DNA of 64,000 nucleotides from NCBI RefSeq assembly GCF_006345805.1, contig NC_042999.1, forward strand, positions 123,504,001 to 123,568,000. Reading direction: 5' to 3'. The notes beneath the pieces are model-generated. The model had not been told where the DNA came from. It searched no databases and worked only from the letters and a program-made list of their open reading frames with translations. Below are positions 50,290 to 63,742 of the stretch, piece after piece; position 1 is the first letter of the stretch; every line of letters starts with the position of its first letter. The translations under genes were made by a program, and so were the position numbers. The stretch is from Octopus sinensis (taxonomy: Eukaryota).

Positions 50290-50700
50290 TTTCTGTTACT
50301 TGTTCTAGTCATTTTAGAAGTGCACCAGCATGGGCTGTGACTATGCTGGAGCACTGCTTTGAAGGGCTTCATTGAACAAATCAACTTCAGTACATATTTT
50401 TAGGTCTAACTCTTATTCTATCAGTCTCTTTTGTTGAACCTCTAAATCATGGGGTTGCCAAGTGGTGATAGGGAACAAACAAAAAGACACACACACATAC
50501 ACACACACATACACACACATGCACACACACACACACACACACACAACAGGCTTCTTTCTGTTTCCGTCTCCCAAATCCACTAACAAAGCTTGAGTTATCT
50601 TGGGGCTATAGTGGGAAACACTTGCCCAATGTGCCATGCAGTGGGATTGAACCTGGGACTATAGTTGGGAAGCAAGCTTCTTACCACACAGCCATGCCTG
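50290..50700 (-). mobile_element. Full-length SINE family A
   Basis: Same head / microsatellite / tail layout. Further heads at 51480-51670 (-), 60400-60530 (-) and 60925-61085 (+). Confidence 0.8.
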
Positions 50701-52107
50701 CACATACACATACTTGTATGGCCATGTAATGCATATGGACAAGAACAGCTACATACACACACACACACATACTTGCAATGCATCCTGCTGTTGCCCTGGT
50801 GTTATGACCTATAGCCATATTGTATTATTTGTTCCTTTATGGGCAGAATCAGCACAGCTGATATATAGTGAACTGGATTACTGGCATAATGGAAGTTATT
50901 GTTTGTTTAAAAGTGAAGAGGAGAGGGTACAATCTGCATGGGTTTGCATGAAAGTGCTTTCTGTTCTTAAGAAGGATCACCATATGAAAGGAGGTTAATA
51001 CGATTTTACCCAGAAATCACGTTTTACAAAATTTTAGTTTCCTCGCCCCCCCCCCGTCCCCACTGCAATTTCTTCATTTATAACTTTTTTATGATTTTTT
51101 TTTTTATCCACGTAGAAAAATACAGAGATTACGAATCTGAGAAATATATATTTTTTTAAAGTTTAATTTTTCTTAAAGAAACACTCAATGTCCCTTCCCC
51201 CACCCACCACCTACTTGCTTTCAAAAAGCTAAAAACACTCATTATATCACAGTTCCCTGAACCTAACACTTTTGCTTCCCTCTCACTTTATCATGTAATA
51301 GCCCAACTCCTGTACTCAGTCCATTATTGATTTTTATTGAAATCCAATTAACCTATAATTGAACTGGATGTTAGTTCAACATGTATACAAAGTTTGGTGA
51401 AGATTGCTTCCCTGGTTTGGGCAGCAAGATAGTAACAGACAGGCAGACAAACTGACAGACAGAAATTGCCATTTATATATAAGATACACACACACGTATT
51501 TATATACATATATGACTGACTTCTTTTAGTTTCCATCAACCAAATCCACTCAGAAGGCCTTTGTTGATCCAGGACTATAGAAGAAGACACTCACCCAAGG
51601 TGCCATACAATGGCACAGAACCCCAAAACCATATGGTTGGGAAGCAAACTTCTTACTGCACTATCACACCTGCGTCATTGTCAGAAAATTTTTTAATTAG
51701 TGCCTTGCTCATTGGAAATCAGTAACCAGCATAGTAGTGTTCACTAATTACAATATAAAATAAAGAATAAATAAGTTAGAACTAGATAGATTTGGCCATT
51801 GGGACTTAAATGTCCTTTCAATAGACATAATGCAACATTAGTAAATAGAAATCAAGTGCTTGTCGCCCTTTCAAATATAATTAATTAGTTTTTGTTTCCT
51901 TTTACCTTTTCATGGCTATATTTCTAGTAAAATATTCTGCCCATGTGTTTCAATTAATTTTGAACAATTTATAAGTATTTATTTAATTTTGAAAAATTTA
52001 TAAGTATTTATTTAAAACCACTACTTCATTATTACGCTAGAGTTTTGAATAAAAGATTTTACATAGAATTTTGATAAATGCCTTAAATTTACATATAAAC
52101 TCATTAA

Positions 52108-52325
52108 CCCTGTTTTTACCATATTTCTGTTGAAATACACTGCCTTTGTTTCATTTGATTTGGAAACAAAGACTTTGGTAAAATAACTTTGTTATTAATT
52201 AAGCTGGCATTTGGAACACAAACTGACATAAAAATTTTATGGAAGGTTTTAATTTGTATCACTTTAAAACAGGAAGCTTGGATCATGGAACCAGAGGAGT
52301 CTCAGGCAGGCTGGTATCAAAAGGG
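52108..52325. mobile_element. piggyBac-like MITE
   Basis: TTAA-CCCTGTTTTTACCA ... TGGTATCAAAAGGG-TGAA. Confidence 0.6.
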
Positions 52326-53124
52326 TGAAAATAACCTGAGATAAACCACACGTAGATTGTTATCAAAGGACTAAACAGAATTTACAGTATTCAGCTTCTT
52401 AAATCCATTTTCTTTTATGTAATTCGTACAGAAACAGGGTTTTGTTTCTATGAAGACTTTCTTAACAGTGAAACTTTATTTCTCTAATTTGATTTATCAT
52501 TTCAAATCTTGTCTAAGTTGAAACTTTTGTTTGTTGCATTTTGTTGAATGGCCTTATTTCTACTCATGCATTGTTTCAATAATCTGTACCTAACAGGTTA
52601 ATATGCCAAAGTGAATAACAGAATCGAAACAAAGTTAGAGTCTTAAATCAATGTTACTGTAAATTTTATCAAAGATGTGAGTACCTTCAAGCAACTGGAA
52701 ATGTTAAACAAGCATTCAGTACTATGCAAAGGTTTTCAGTGTACTACATTCTTGTCTTCAACAATTCTCATCGACTAGAATAAATAAATGAATAATAATG
52801 TCTTAACACTTGATAACTTGTTATTGAGATATTAACTTCTCTGCTGCAATAATTCACTTCATTTAACAGTCATTGTATATGTAATAGAATTTGTACCATT
52901 TAATTTAACACTGTAATAATCTTTAACTACTTTATCATAGTCAGTTGAACTGTCCAATATCACAATTGCACTGTTACTTTCTTATCTCAAAGAATCAAAA
53001 GGACTAGATCAGCTATTTTTCTAGAAGTTTTCTGCAAGCTGTTGAATAAATCCTGAAAAGAAGCTGGTGTACAGATATCCTGTCATTTTGTATGTAAATA
53101 TGTACGTTTCCACATTAAAAGCAT

Positions 53125-53200
<76 letters not shown>

Positions 53201-53382
53201 CGATTGTGTATAAAGGGATATATATTATTCAAAGAAATTCCAACTCTTGTTTTTTATATTTTATTTATATTCTTTATAATATTAATGTAGAATATAGAAT
53301 ATATAGTATAAATAATATATATATAGTAAAATGAAATGATGTATTGATTGAATAGATGAAATATTGAATATAAAATATTAAC

Positions 53383-53424
53383 GGACTAGTATACTTTCTT
53401 GCATTAAAGCAGTCTTCAAGGTCC
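53383..53424 (-). ncRNA. Minimal hammerhead-like motif (one extra core U)
   Basis: GGAC-CTTGAAGA-C TGC tttaat GCA A-GAAA-GTATAC-T-A-GTCC; helix III palindrome AGTATACT; lies in a segment bounded by (TA)n (53195-53452). Confidence 0.6.
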
Positions 53425-53632
53425 CAGGTTGTGACAGGAGTGTTTCAACTGTATATATATATATACATACATACATGAAAATGGGAAATTGTGGCATTCA
53501 TATATCGCCCAACATACGAGAAGTTGATATTCCAATTGAAAATTTAGAACTAATGGAGAATTTAGATTACTCTATATGATGACAGAAATATTATCAATAA
53601 TAACAAGAATTTTATTGTAAGCTTTATTTTAG

Positions 53633-53731
53633 ATATTGATTAACAGAACAAGGAGAAATGGAATCCAGATATTGCTAAAAGAAATAGAAAAACCAAAATC
53701 AGTAAATATACCAAGATATTCTTTGTTTAAG
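53633..53731 (+). CDS. Candidate host exon (99 bp, phase 0), product unknown
   Basis: ctttattttag| ... AAG|GTAACA; one open frame ILINRTRRNGIQILLKEIEKPKSVNIPRYSLFK. Confidence 0.2.
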
Positions 53732-55025
53732 GTAACAAATACACAATTCCTAGATTATATGCATAATGGATTTTTGCTATTTTTATATATAGTATGGAAA
53801 GTGATCCATCTCTCCACCATTTACCCTCTTCTATGCACACACAGTACATTTATACTGATTCATAACTCAGAGAGCTAAATGTAATATGTGTGTGTGTATA
53901 CAATAATGTTAAATATAAGAAATATTCAATATAAACTCTTATAAACAGATGCTTGCAAACAATTGAGACATGAAACACTGATATGTTCATAAATACAAGC
54001 ACACATTTATAAGCGATATACATGAGTGTATGAATGTAATGACAGACTACATTCATGGACACAAACTCAATGCATACATATATGAATAATTAGTTAGTTA
54101 CATGCATACAGATGGAAAGACAGGCAGACAGTTATAAATCCACATGCATATACATACTTACATATGTACATATATACTTATGTATGCATATATGTATGTA
54201 TATGTGTATGTACATCTGTATGTACATATATACTTACATATGTACATACATATATACATATATATATACATATATATGTATGCATATATGTATATATCTG
54301 TACAGGAACAGATATATACATGTATATATCTGTACATGTACAGATATATACAAATACCTAAAAATAAGATTTTTTATCATATCATAGTCTAGTTAAATAA
54401 GTTAAAGAAGACTATACACTCACTTATACATACATACATACACCATACATACATACATCCATATATATATACATACATACACACACATACATATGCACAT
54501 CAAGACCAAGATTAATTTTATCTGAATCTCAACTCCCACTTCATTCAGTGCAGAAATATTTATAAGGAAAATATCAACAAATAAGTTTTAAATTTCTAAT
54601 ACTATCACAGTGCTATGGAAAAAAAAAATTAATTTACAATGTCTCAACTGAAGCCTAGTAAAACTAAAAGAAATTTGCTCTGCTTATATTTGTTGAAGCA
54701 AAATTGAGCCAGAGGAAAAAAAAAAAAAAGAAAGAGTTGGAATTGGGCAGCTAGAAATATATGAGAATAGAAGTGAAATCTATTTTAAAAATTTACATTG
54801 ATTTTTCAATGTTACTGACCAATGAATGAAATGTAAGTAATATATCCCATAGACCAATGGAAACTTGAGAGGAAACAAAAAGCAGTACATTTAATATGAA
54901 ATAATATTTTACAATAATTAGGTGATAATGTTGTTTTCAGAAAACTGATTAATTTAAGTTAATTGGATTTTAAAATTTATGAATATTTTTAACATACTAA
55001 TAATTGGTTCGATAGATAGGGGTGT

Positions 55026-55085
<60 letters not shown>

Positions 55086-55614
55086 AATGTATGTATACAT
55101 ATATATATGTGTATGTATGTATACATATATATATATTTGTATGTATGTATAACCTTTCCCATTGATCAATCTATTATTAGTAAAATAACAGCCAGCAGTA
55201 ATAGCATGACTCATAGAAAGTAACTAGTTTTATGCAGTTATGGTAGCTTTAAGAGTTTAGGTCAGTAAAACATTTATCAGCAATAACAAGATTCAAAGAG
55301 ACCAAGATCCTGTGTAAGTCATTGGTAAAGGAGGACTGAGAAACCAAGACCTGACTTGAATTTTAATTGGATTCAAGTCAGAAAAATGTGTACGCATGTT
55401 AAACCTTTAGTTTCTCATCCAGAAGCACTTGAAAATCTTCAGCTAATATATTTAATAACACAATGCAATGCTTCTGTACATGATTCCCAGTTGATATCAC
55501 TGTTGCTATCAATTCACTTGGTTACTTGGGAAAATAATATAGTCAATTGTCTTAGCAGAAATTATTTTGCCAGGAATAATCAATCTATTTATCTGTCTGT
55601 CTGTCTATCTATAT

Positions 55615-55862
55615 CATCATCAGCATCGTTTAATGTCCATTGTCCAATGCTGGCATAGGTTGGATAGTGTGACCAGAGCTGGCAAGTTGGCCGGATGCAC
55701 CAGGCTCCAGTCTGATTTGGCATGGTTTCTATGGCTGGATGCCCTTCCTAATGCCAACCACTTTACAGAGTGTGCAGGGTGCTTTTACATGATGCCTCAT
55801 GGGTACTTCTATGTGATGCCACATGGATATACATACATTTATATATATGCATATATATATAC

Positions 55863-55923
<61 letters not shown>

Positions 55924-56082
55924 GACATATGCACTCACGGAGTGGTTGGCGTTAAGAAGGGCATCCAGCTATAGAAACACTGCCAGATCAGACTGGAGCC
56001 TGGTGCAGCCTCCTGGCTTCCCAGACCCTGGTCAAACCATCCAACCCGTGCTTGCACGGAAAATGGATGTTAAACAATGATG

Positions 56083-56145
<63 letters not shown>

Positions 56146-56370
56146 TGATATATGTATATATATATATATATATCTTCATCATCATTTAATGTGCATTTTC
56201 CATGCTGGCATGTGCTCTGCGGCTTGACAAGAACTAGCAAAACCACTGGCTGTACCAAGGTCCATAGTTCATTTTGGTTTGGTTTCCACAGCTGGATGCC
56301 CTTCATAATGCTAACCATTTTACAGAGTGTACTGGGTGCGTTTTACATGGCACAAGCACCAGCACCAATG
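55615..56370. mobile_element. Cluster of three RTE-tail repeats (55615-55790 minus, 55935-56080 plus, 56175-56370 minus) separated by microsatellites
   Basis: Each contains gttggcgtta.gaagggcatccagc..ccaaccc.tgc.agca.gga or its reverse complement. Confidence 0.75.
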
Positions 56371-57829
56371 TTTTTTATGAGGTAGCTTGGTTTTAGGATA
56401 ATAATTCTGATGCAGTGGGCAGGTTTTCTTGAATTCAGTAATGCACCATACATAGTCACCTGAGCTATTTAATATGGTATTGAAATACTCCATCCACAAC
56501 AAAATTCCTACAGTTTTTTTCAATAGAAGCATATATTTAAGCCTCAATCCAAGAACCTAAACTAACCATTATTCCCATTCCTCCATCTCTATAATGTAGT
56601 GAAAGTCTCTTCTCACCCATACTTTTGTTGCCCAAGTCAACTTGCAAATGTTCAAGCTAAGCACAAACCATGTCCATCATCTCATTCTTAAAGGGCCTAC
56701 AAAGATCAATAATCAAATATCCACTTCCTGCTGACTTAGCCATAACAATGGACGAAGTAGGTTCCACTCTTTCTTCACTATCAGCTGGTTAATGAAAACA
56801 GAAGTAACTAGCTTCAACAACATACAAAAGCCCCAAATTTACAAAACCATTGTATTCTGTTACATAAAAATACATGTAGACATATTTTTTAAATATATAT
56901 GTATTTTAAAAAAAAACACATATCATATGATAAATAACTCATTTGTGTCAAATTGCAGCTTTCATTTTTGTGTTTAAGATCTTAATACTTTATACACCTT
57001 CATTCATACTCTTCTTATTTCACACCCAATGTTAAATGTCTTCCAAATTATTTCAACAAATAAAATCTCAGATTTTACCAATGCAAAAAAAAAAAAAAAA
57101 AAAAAAATCAAATTATAAATTTAATGAAGAACCATTTCTCAGTTCTCTTTTTATTGGAGTTGACAAGGTTTTAAACAATTTAATATTAATCTAAATATTC
57201 ATTTATCATTTAAAGTTGATTCTCTGCAAGTAAAAAATAGTTCAACTAATTTCACTTTCACTACCATAGCTTCAGTTGTCTTTACCTACCTACCTACCTA
57301 CCTGCCTGCCTGCCTGTCCATCCGTCCGTCCACCCACCCATCCATCCATCCATCTATCTATACACACACACACATATATGTGCACACACAGGCATATATT
57401 TGTTTATGTACGTATGTATATGCACATACATCTGTATTTGTACAAATGTTTGAGTGTGTGTGTGTGTGTGTGTGCACATGCACATATGTGTGTATGCACA
57501 TATGTGTGTCTGTGTATCCTATTACCCTTAGTATTATGCATAATATATATACATATTTTTTATCATGGATTCCAAGACTCAGTGCTTCCAGCCTTCCTAC
57601 TTCCCTCTTCTAATCACAAACTGACAGAACTACAAAATAAATTTTTAATATTGTAAAAATGCAGAATATAATGTAACTGATGATAATCTGTGTTGAAAAT
57701 GATAAGTTTATAGAAGCCTTCATAGAAAGTTCAGGCGCATTAATTGCTACAAAGAGTTACAAAGAGCCTAATATTTCAAACCTCTACTTTCCATTTGAAA
57801 CAGGAAACAAAGCACAAAGTATTAGATCT

Positions 57830-57990
57830 TCTGACCGAGACCTTTGGCAGCATGCTGTGCTTGAGAAGACCCATCAAGCCAAGTGAAATTGTCATCACTG
57901 ATGTTGGTATCACGTAACTGGCACCCATGCCAGTGGCACGTAAAGAGCACTATTGGAGCATTGAGCCTCACAGAGACAAAGCGACTGGTT
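57830..57990 (+). mobile_element. RTE ORF-end / 3' UTR fragment
   Basis: SDRDLWQHAVLEKTHQAK* followed by the ..gtggcacgtaaa.agcac motif of the RTE tail. Confidence 0.6.
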
Positions 57991-59530
57991 TACAATCCTA
58001 GTAACTAGGCCATAGCCCACACCACCCAGATATTTTAAGCATCTCAGCAGTGATTTCTGATGGGCCAGAGGCTTTTCTTGGCTTCATATCCTTAATTGCT
58101 TTATTTACCAGGGTGCTGTCTATTCGAATAGCTGGTCTCTCTACTGGATCAACATTTGGCAGGCTCTCCTCCTCCCATTCATTTTCCACTTTCAGCAGTC
58201 TTTCATAATGGCTTCTCCAAGCCTCTTTTTTTTTTCCAAATCATTAAAAGTAAGTGCACCATCATCCATGCGATCACATTTCTCTCCTGTGACATCACAA
58301 TTTTCTCTCACACACTGTCTTGCAATCCAGAATACTTCGGTTCTTTGGTTCTCGCGTCACTGGACATTGGTAAACTTTCCTGCTTTGCCCAGCCTCCCTT
58401 TTGGCTATCTGGTACGGTTCCGTGCTGCCCCACCCTTCCAGGCTTTCTTGGCCTGTTTCTTTGCTCTGATTGTTTTGTCTCCCATATTATTCCACCACCA
58501 CGTTACTCTAGGTCTGGAAGGGACTTTGCACCATCCACAGACTTGGTTTGTGGCACTCAGTAAGCTGTCCCATAAGAATTTCCAGCTATCTTCTATGTCT
58601 GAGGTCTGTAGCTCCTCATCCCTCTCATCAGATTTCTTGATGAGGATGTCCCTAAATCTCTGACCATGTGAAGGGTTCTTTAGCTTCTAAATCCTTCTCT
58701 TCTGGATTGGTCTGCTTCTTGGCATCCTTCTGGTCTTGAGTCAAAAGTCACTAATGACTAGTCTATGCTAGGGGGTGCATTCTTTACCTGGGAGGGTCTT
58801 TGTATTTTAGAGCAACCCTATGTCCCACTGTCTGGTGAGGATGAAATCAATCTGGCTAGCAGAGTCACCTGATTGATAGATTATCAGGTGGCTGTCTGGC
58901 TCCCTGAACTTAGTGTTGCAGATTAAAAGGTTACATGCATCACAGAACTCCAGTAGCCTAGTTCCCTCATCGTTCCGGGAACCAATACCATGGCTTCTAT
59001 GTACACCAGTGAAGATACTGGATTTCCATCCAACAAGCCCATTAAAATGTCCAGTTGCAAAGATGAGGCTATTGCCACTCGTCTTTGAGGTAGCCTGTAG
59101 AAGGGTATCATAAAAATGGTCCTTCTAATTATTTGGTAACCCTGCTTGTGGGGCGTAGGCAGAGATAATTGTGCTGTGCTGTTCTGCGGGACCAGCCTAA
59201 GCTTAAGCACTCTATTGCATACCCTGACAACCTCTATGACCTTATCCACCCATTTCTCCACAAAGAGTATGCCTATTCTCCCTACTCCATTCATGTTACC
59301 TTGTCAGAATACTTTATACCTATGTGCCTTGCCAGTGGGGACCCTAGCTGAAGCTCCCCTCCATCTTACCTCTTGTATGCAGCATACATCAACCCGTCTC
59401 CTTTCAAGCATCTCTACAATCTCACTAGACCTGCCTCTCAGTGTGCCTACATTGACAGTGCCAACTCTGGAAACTGGGAAAGGAATGTGAGGTGAGGCGT
59501 GGAGAGGAGAGATGTTATTCAGCACCTGAA
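57990..59530 (-). pseudogene. RTE-clade LINE 5' half: APE endonuclease and start of RT, decayed
   Basis: RVGTVNVGTLRGRS.EIVEMLERRRVDVCCIQEVRWRG, GVGILF..W..KVIEV.RV, KDMKPRKASGPSEITAEMLK. Confidence 0.85.
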
Positions 59531-59904
59531 AAGAAGAGGGAGGTTGTATTCATTTTTTAGGCATGCTTTACCTGTTTTCACTCCCAACCTGACATCATTC
59601 AAACAGTCAAGCATGTTAAGATTGTTGCCACTACTGGAGGTAGGAGCAGGTGTTAGCGGCATTGTAAGCATATGCATTATGGTCATCGAATAATGTAAAT
59701 TTAAGCAGTGTAGCAAAATATAGATATTACCTGCACAGGTGCAATGGGTGCTACATGTCAGATGTCAAAATGATTGCAGAGCAACATGAAATGAAATATT
59801 TATATAAATATTTATGTATGTACATATATATAATAGAGGATAAAACTTTTTTTTTTAATTTCAACAGTGGCCAGCATATAAAATGAAACCAATTAAAGTG
59901 AAAA

Positions 59905-60225
59905 TTATATGAATAATTATACTAAAGACTTAGAAATAAATTTTGTAGCCTATAGCAAATTTCTGGGTCTGCCCAAAGGCTCTCCCATCTTCAGCAGAAA
60001 CATACTTTAGAAATAAATGAAATATTTATATATACTTCCTGTGAGTATATATAAATATTTCATTTATTTCTATAGTATGTTTCTGTTGAAGATGGCAGAG
60101 CCTTTGGGCAGACCCAGAAATTAGCTATAGGCTACAAAATTTATTTCTAAGTCTTTATTATAATTATTCATATAAGACGAGAGAGCCTTTGGGCAAACCC
60201 AGAAATTAGCTAATATAGAACTATC
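59905..60225. mobile_element. Hairpin element (~132-bp arms, 7-nt loop) with decayed hammerhead parts
   Basis: 59905-60036 vs 60044-60175. Minus strand of the left arm reads GTTTCTG-CTGAAGA-TGGG..CCCA-GAAA; the partial repeat at 60180-60222 supplies GAAA-TTAGCTAA-T-A-TAGAAC. Confidence 0.75.
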
Positions 60226-60840
60226 TATCTTATAAAAAATTTCTATTGGCTTGTTGCTTCGAATTCAACACATGTGTTTGTGACTTCTTTGAATGGTGAG
60301 ATAATTTAGCATCTATTTCTCAGCATATAGGCTAGAAAATTTATTTCTAAGCCCTTATTATAATTATATGTATATTGCAGGCTGACACGCAGTTTCTGTC
60401 AACCAAATTCATTCCTTAGGTATTGGTTAGCCCAGGGCTATAGTAAAAACACTTACCCTAAGGTGCTGCACAGTGGGATTGAACCTGAAACCACAAGATT
60501 GCAAAGCAAGCTTCTGAACTGCACACTCTACATATGTACATTTAATAAATATACATTTTCTCCCACTGTGTAAATAAACCTTGTGGTTAAAATACAGAGC
60601 TCTCTCTGCAGCAGAAACCTAAGAACAGCATGGTTAGTTTTGACTGTATATACTTTTATGAAGAGAATCTATTTCTGTCCATTACGCAGAGAGAGTACAG
60701 TGGTTTAACCACAGATTCTATTTACATTGTGGAGCTGAATGCTTGTTTATCAAATGTACATAAGCAAATTTATTCATGATTTATTCATATACATACTGTT
60801 TCACACTGCATGTATGTGTGCATGTGTATCTATACATGTA

Positions 60841-60877
<37 letters not shown>

Positions 60878-61079
60878 GTGTGTGTGCATATTCACACATG
60901 CATATACAAATATATACATATTTGCAGGCATAGCTGTGTGGTAAGAAGTTTGTTTCCCAACCACATGATTCCAGGTTCAGTCTCACTGCATGGCACTTTC
61001 AAAAAGTGTCTTCTACTATAGCCTTGGGCCAACCAAAACATTGTGAAATGGATTTGGTGGATGGAAACTGAAAGAAGCA

Positions 61080-61152
<73 letters not shown>

Positions 61153-61440
61153 CGTGTGTGTAATAATAATAATAATAAGCTATGGATGGAATTTATAAAT
61201 ATTTTAATGCATTGCTACATGTGTTTCCGCAAACCATATATTCATAGAATATTTATAAATTCCTTCCCTGGATTATTTTTATTACTATATTAACCTTACA
61301 TAATCTCAGCACAACTAGGTACAGCCCCACCAAAACTGCTATTGCCAGTTGGTATCATTATTCTGTAGGCAGCATAATAAAGTGGGAGCTTTTATATGCA
61401 TATTTAAAAATGTTCCTGTAAATGAACTTAAAGGATATAT

Positions 61441-61620
61441 AAGAGGGGGTACTCAAAATAAAACCAGGATTTTGCATTATTATTTTATTCACATAGCTTT
61501 ATATGTTTACACTTTTATCACCTTCAAAGTATTTTCCATTTCAAGCAATGCATCGGTCCAGACTTGTTTTCCATTGTTCAAAGCAGTCCTGGAACGTATT
61601 CATAAGACGTTCAGGAAAGG
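61441..61620 (-). mobile_element. mariner 3' end fragment
   Basis: EQWKTSLDRCIA*NGKYFEGD* then a TIR-like ..tttgagtacccccTC end. Confidence 0.6.
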
Positions 61621-61631
61621 AAAGAAAGGGT

Positions 61632-61666
61632 GTTTTACATTTCAAGCAAAGCTCTTCATCAGAAAC
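61632..61666 (-). ncRNA. Minimal hammerhead motif with two apparent CpG-decay changes
   Basis: GTTT-CTGATGA-A-GAGC ttt GCTT-GAAA-TG-T-A-AAAC; inferred ancestor has GCTC-GAAA-CG-T. Confidence 0.65.
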
Positions 61667-63084
61667 AGGAGGCAGAAGAAAGTCCAAGAAAAAAGGAAAA
61701 CATAGGAAAAGAATCGCCAACAGTCCACATGTAATTATATATATATATGGAAAGATAGATAGATAGATAGATAGATAGAGAGAGAGCTGAAGTCCATAGT
61801 TTCCAGTAACCTATTTCCACTCTCAAAGTATTGGTGAAACTCAGGCTGTGAGAGGAGATACTTGACCAAATTGCTAAGCAGGGAATGAAACTTAGAACCA
61901 TATAGTTGTGAAGTGAACATCTTAATTACAGATCCTTGTCTACAGCATATGTGCATTTAATGGATTATTTTTAATCAGTTATCTCTTAAGTTTATATAAC
62001 TCCATAAATTTAAGAAATAGTCTTGGATATAGCTGTAATGACACAGAGTACGATTCTTTCTAAAACTAGAACTAATGAGAAAAAGGTCAGGGCAGAAAAT
62101 ACTATGTTAACCTATTATTGTGGATCCATAAATGGGTCCCAATCAAATAGACCTATGATCATAGATAGTTTTAACCCATGCCATCCTTTTTCCTTTTCAT
62201 TTTTCAAGCACAACACATTTCATACTATATTGCCAATTAAGTCAATCTATTTTTAAATAGTGTGGTATTTTTAACTGATTAAATTTCTACAATGGGAGGC
62301 TCTCATTAACTAAATGTTGTCAGTGTTCCTGTTGTATCTATACACATCGTAGTTTTGAGCAACTCAGTAGATATTTTATACTGACCAAACTCACTATCAT
62401 ACATTTCTTTAAATTTCCTGTGTCTCTATATAATTTCATAGTTTCTTGTAATGAGAGATTAATCCAGGCTATTAAATCTTCACTTTCTTCGGAAGCAAAT
62501 AGATCCAAATTTAGAAGTCACATTGAGCATTGATTTTGTAAGTTTTACTCCAAGTGTTTTCATCATAAACTCATTCTTACCTGCAAGAATGATTTCAAAA
62601 TTATTTATCCATATAAATTAGAATTCTAGTGAGAGATAATGTAGTGGATATCTTCAATAAAAACTATGCATTATCTAAACAAAAGTAATTATACTCAAAA
62701 AGTCAATTATTCCTACATTTCCAAGAATGAAGCAACCATAATTAGATAACTTTATAATTGGAAGGAGGTAGTAATTATATCAACTAACAAAAGCAATGTC
62801 ACAGTTGTTTGGCTAAGACTTTTATGAGCAGGATTACTACTTACTAATATTAATTTCTATAATCCTATCAATCCTAAATAATACATAATCTCATTTATAC
62901 CCAAGAACTTCTACCTTCTGCAACTGATTTAATAAAATATGCACAAAGTAATCTAAAGAATTGGAAATATACTTTGGGGAATCTCCATACTTAGACATTC
63001 ACACATTTAAGCTCTTGAAACATAAGTTTTTTGTGTAGCAAACTTAATAAGTATAGCCACAGAGTCTTATCACTCTTCCAAAAC

Positions 63085-63290
63085 TTACAAAGGTGGGCTG
63101 AAAGGTTCCACAAAGCTGAAGGAGTGATGCTAGAGCTGTGAAAGCTTGCATGCATTAATTTCAAATCTTCTTATTAATAAATGCATTGTTTCTTTCCAGG
63201 CAAACTTGCATCTGACTGTCCGAAGAACATTTCAGAAGTAACTAGAGGGACTCCTCTTGAAAATGGACAAAATTCTTGGTTGGGTGTCTC
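63085..63290 (+). mobile_element. mariner-like 5' end fragment
   Basis: TAC-aaaggtgggctgaaaggttc start and ..cttgaaaATGGACAAAATT (MDKI). Confidence 0.5.
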
Positions 63291-63698
63291 TATGATCAAG
63301 TGCTATAAGTCTTAAATTAAATACGTAAATAAAAGAAGACAATGTAGACAAGTGACTTTCCTATATGTAAAAGCAAAGAAATCTTACAAGCTACTATATA
63401 TGACATGATATACCTTATATTACCTAGTAGTCCAAGGATTATGTAAATTACAGTCTATATGTTATATCATCAATGGACATTTTGTTTGTAAAGTCAATGT
63501 AAACAAACATCCATACAAAAGCCCATTTGTTTGATATACTTCCTCATGGATACTCAGCATGTTTATTCCCAACTTCACACTTAAACGTCCTTAATTTTAC
63601 TGATCCAGTAATTAAATGTTTAGAAAGAAGTTTTCTAATCAATGTTACAACTAATCAATAAACACTTTGCCACCAGCCAGGTTCAAAATTTCCCCAAG

Positions 63699-63742
63699 AC
63701 ACCTGATGAAGGCTGGAGGGTATATCAGCCGAAACGTTGTGT
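63699..63742 (+). ncRNA. Minimal type I hammerhead ribozyme in a PLE-type repeat remnant
   Basis: ACAC-CTGATGA-A-GGCTG gagggtatat CAGCC-GAAA-CG-T-T-GTGT; helix III palindrome ACGT; predicted GUU cleavage after 63738. Confidence 0.8.

Noticed and set aside
57830-59530. Opposed RTE fragments as a twin-priming 5' inversion
   Set aside because: The arrangement is tail-to-tail with no (GAT)n end or TSD; two independent fragments are equally likely.
59526-59730. Apparent GT-AG intron upstream of the RTE endonuclease frame
   Set aside because: Splice-like signals are present, but splicing gives no in-frame ATG and the copy is decayed; indistinguishable from chance without RNA data.
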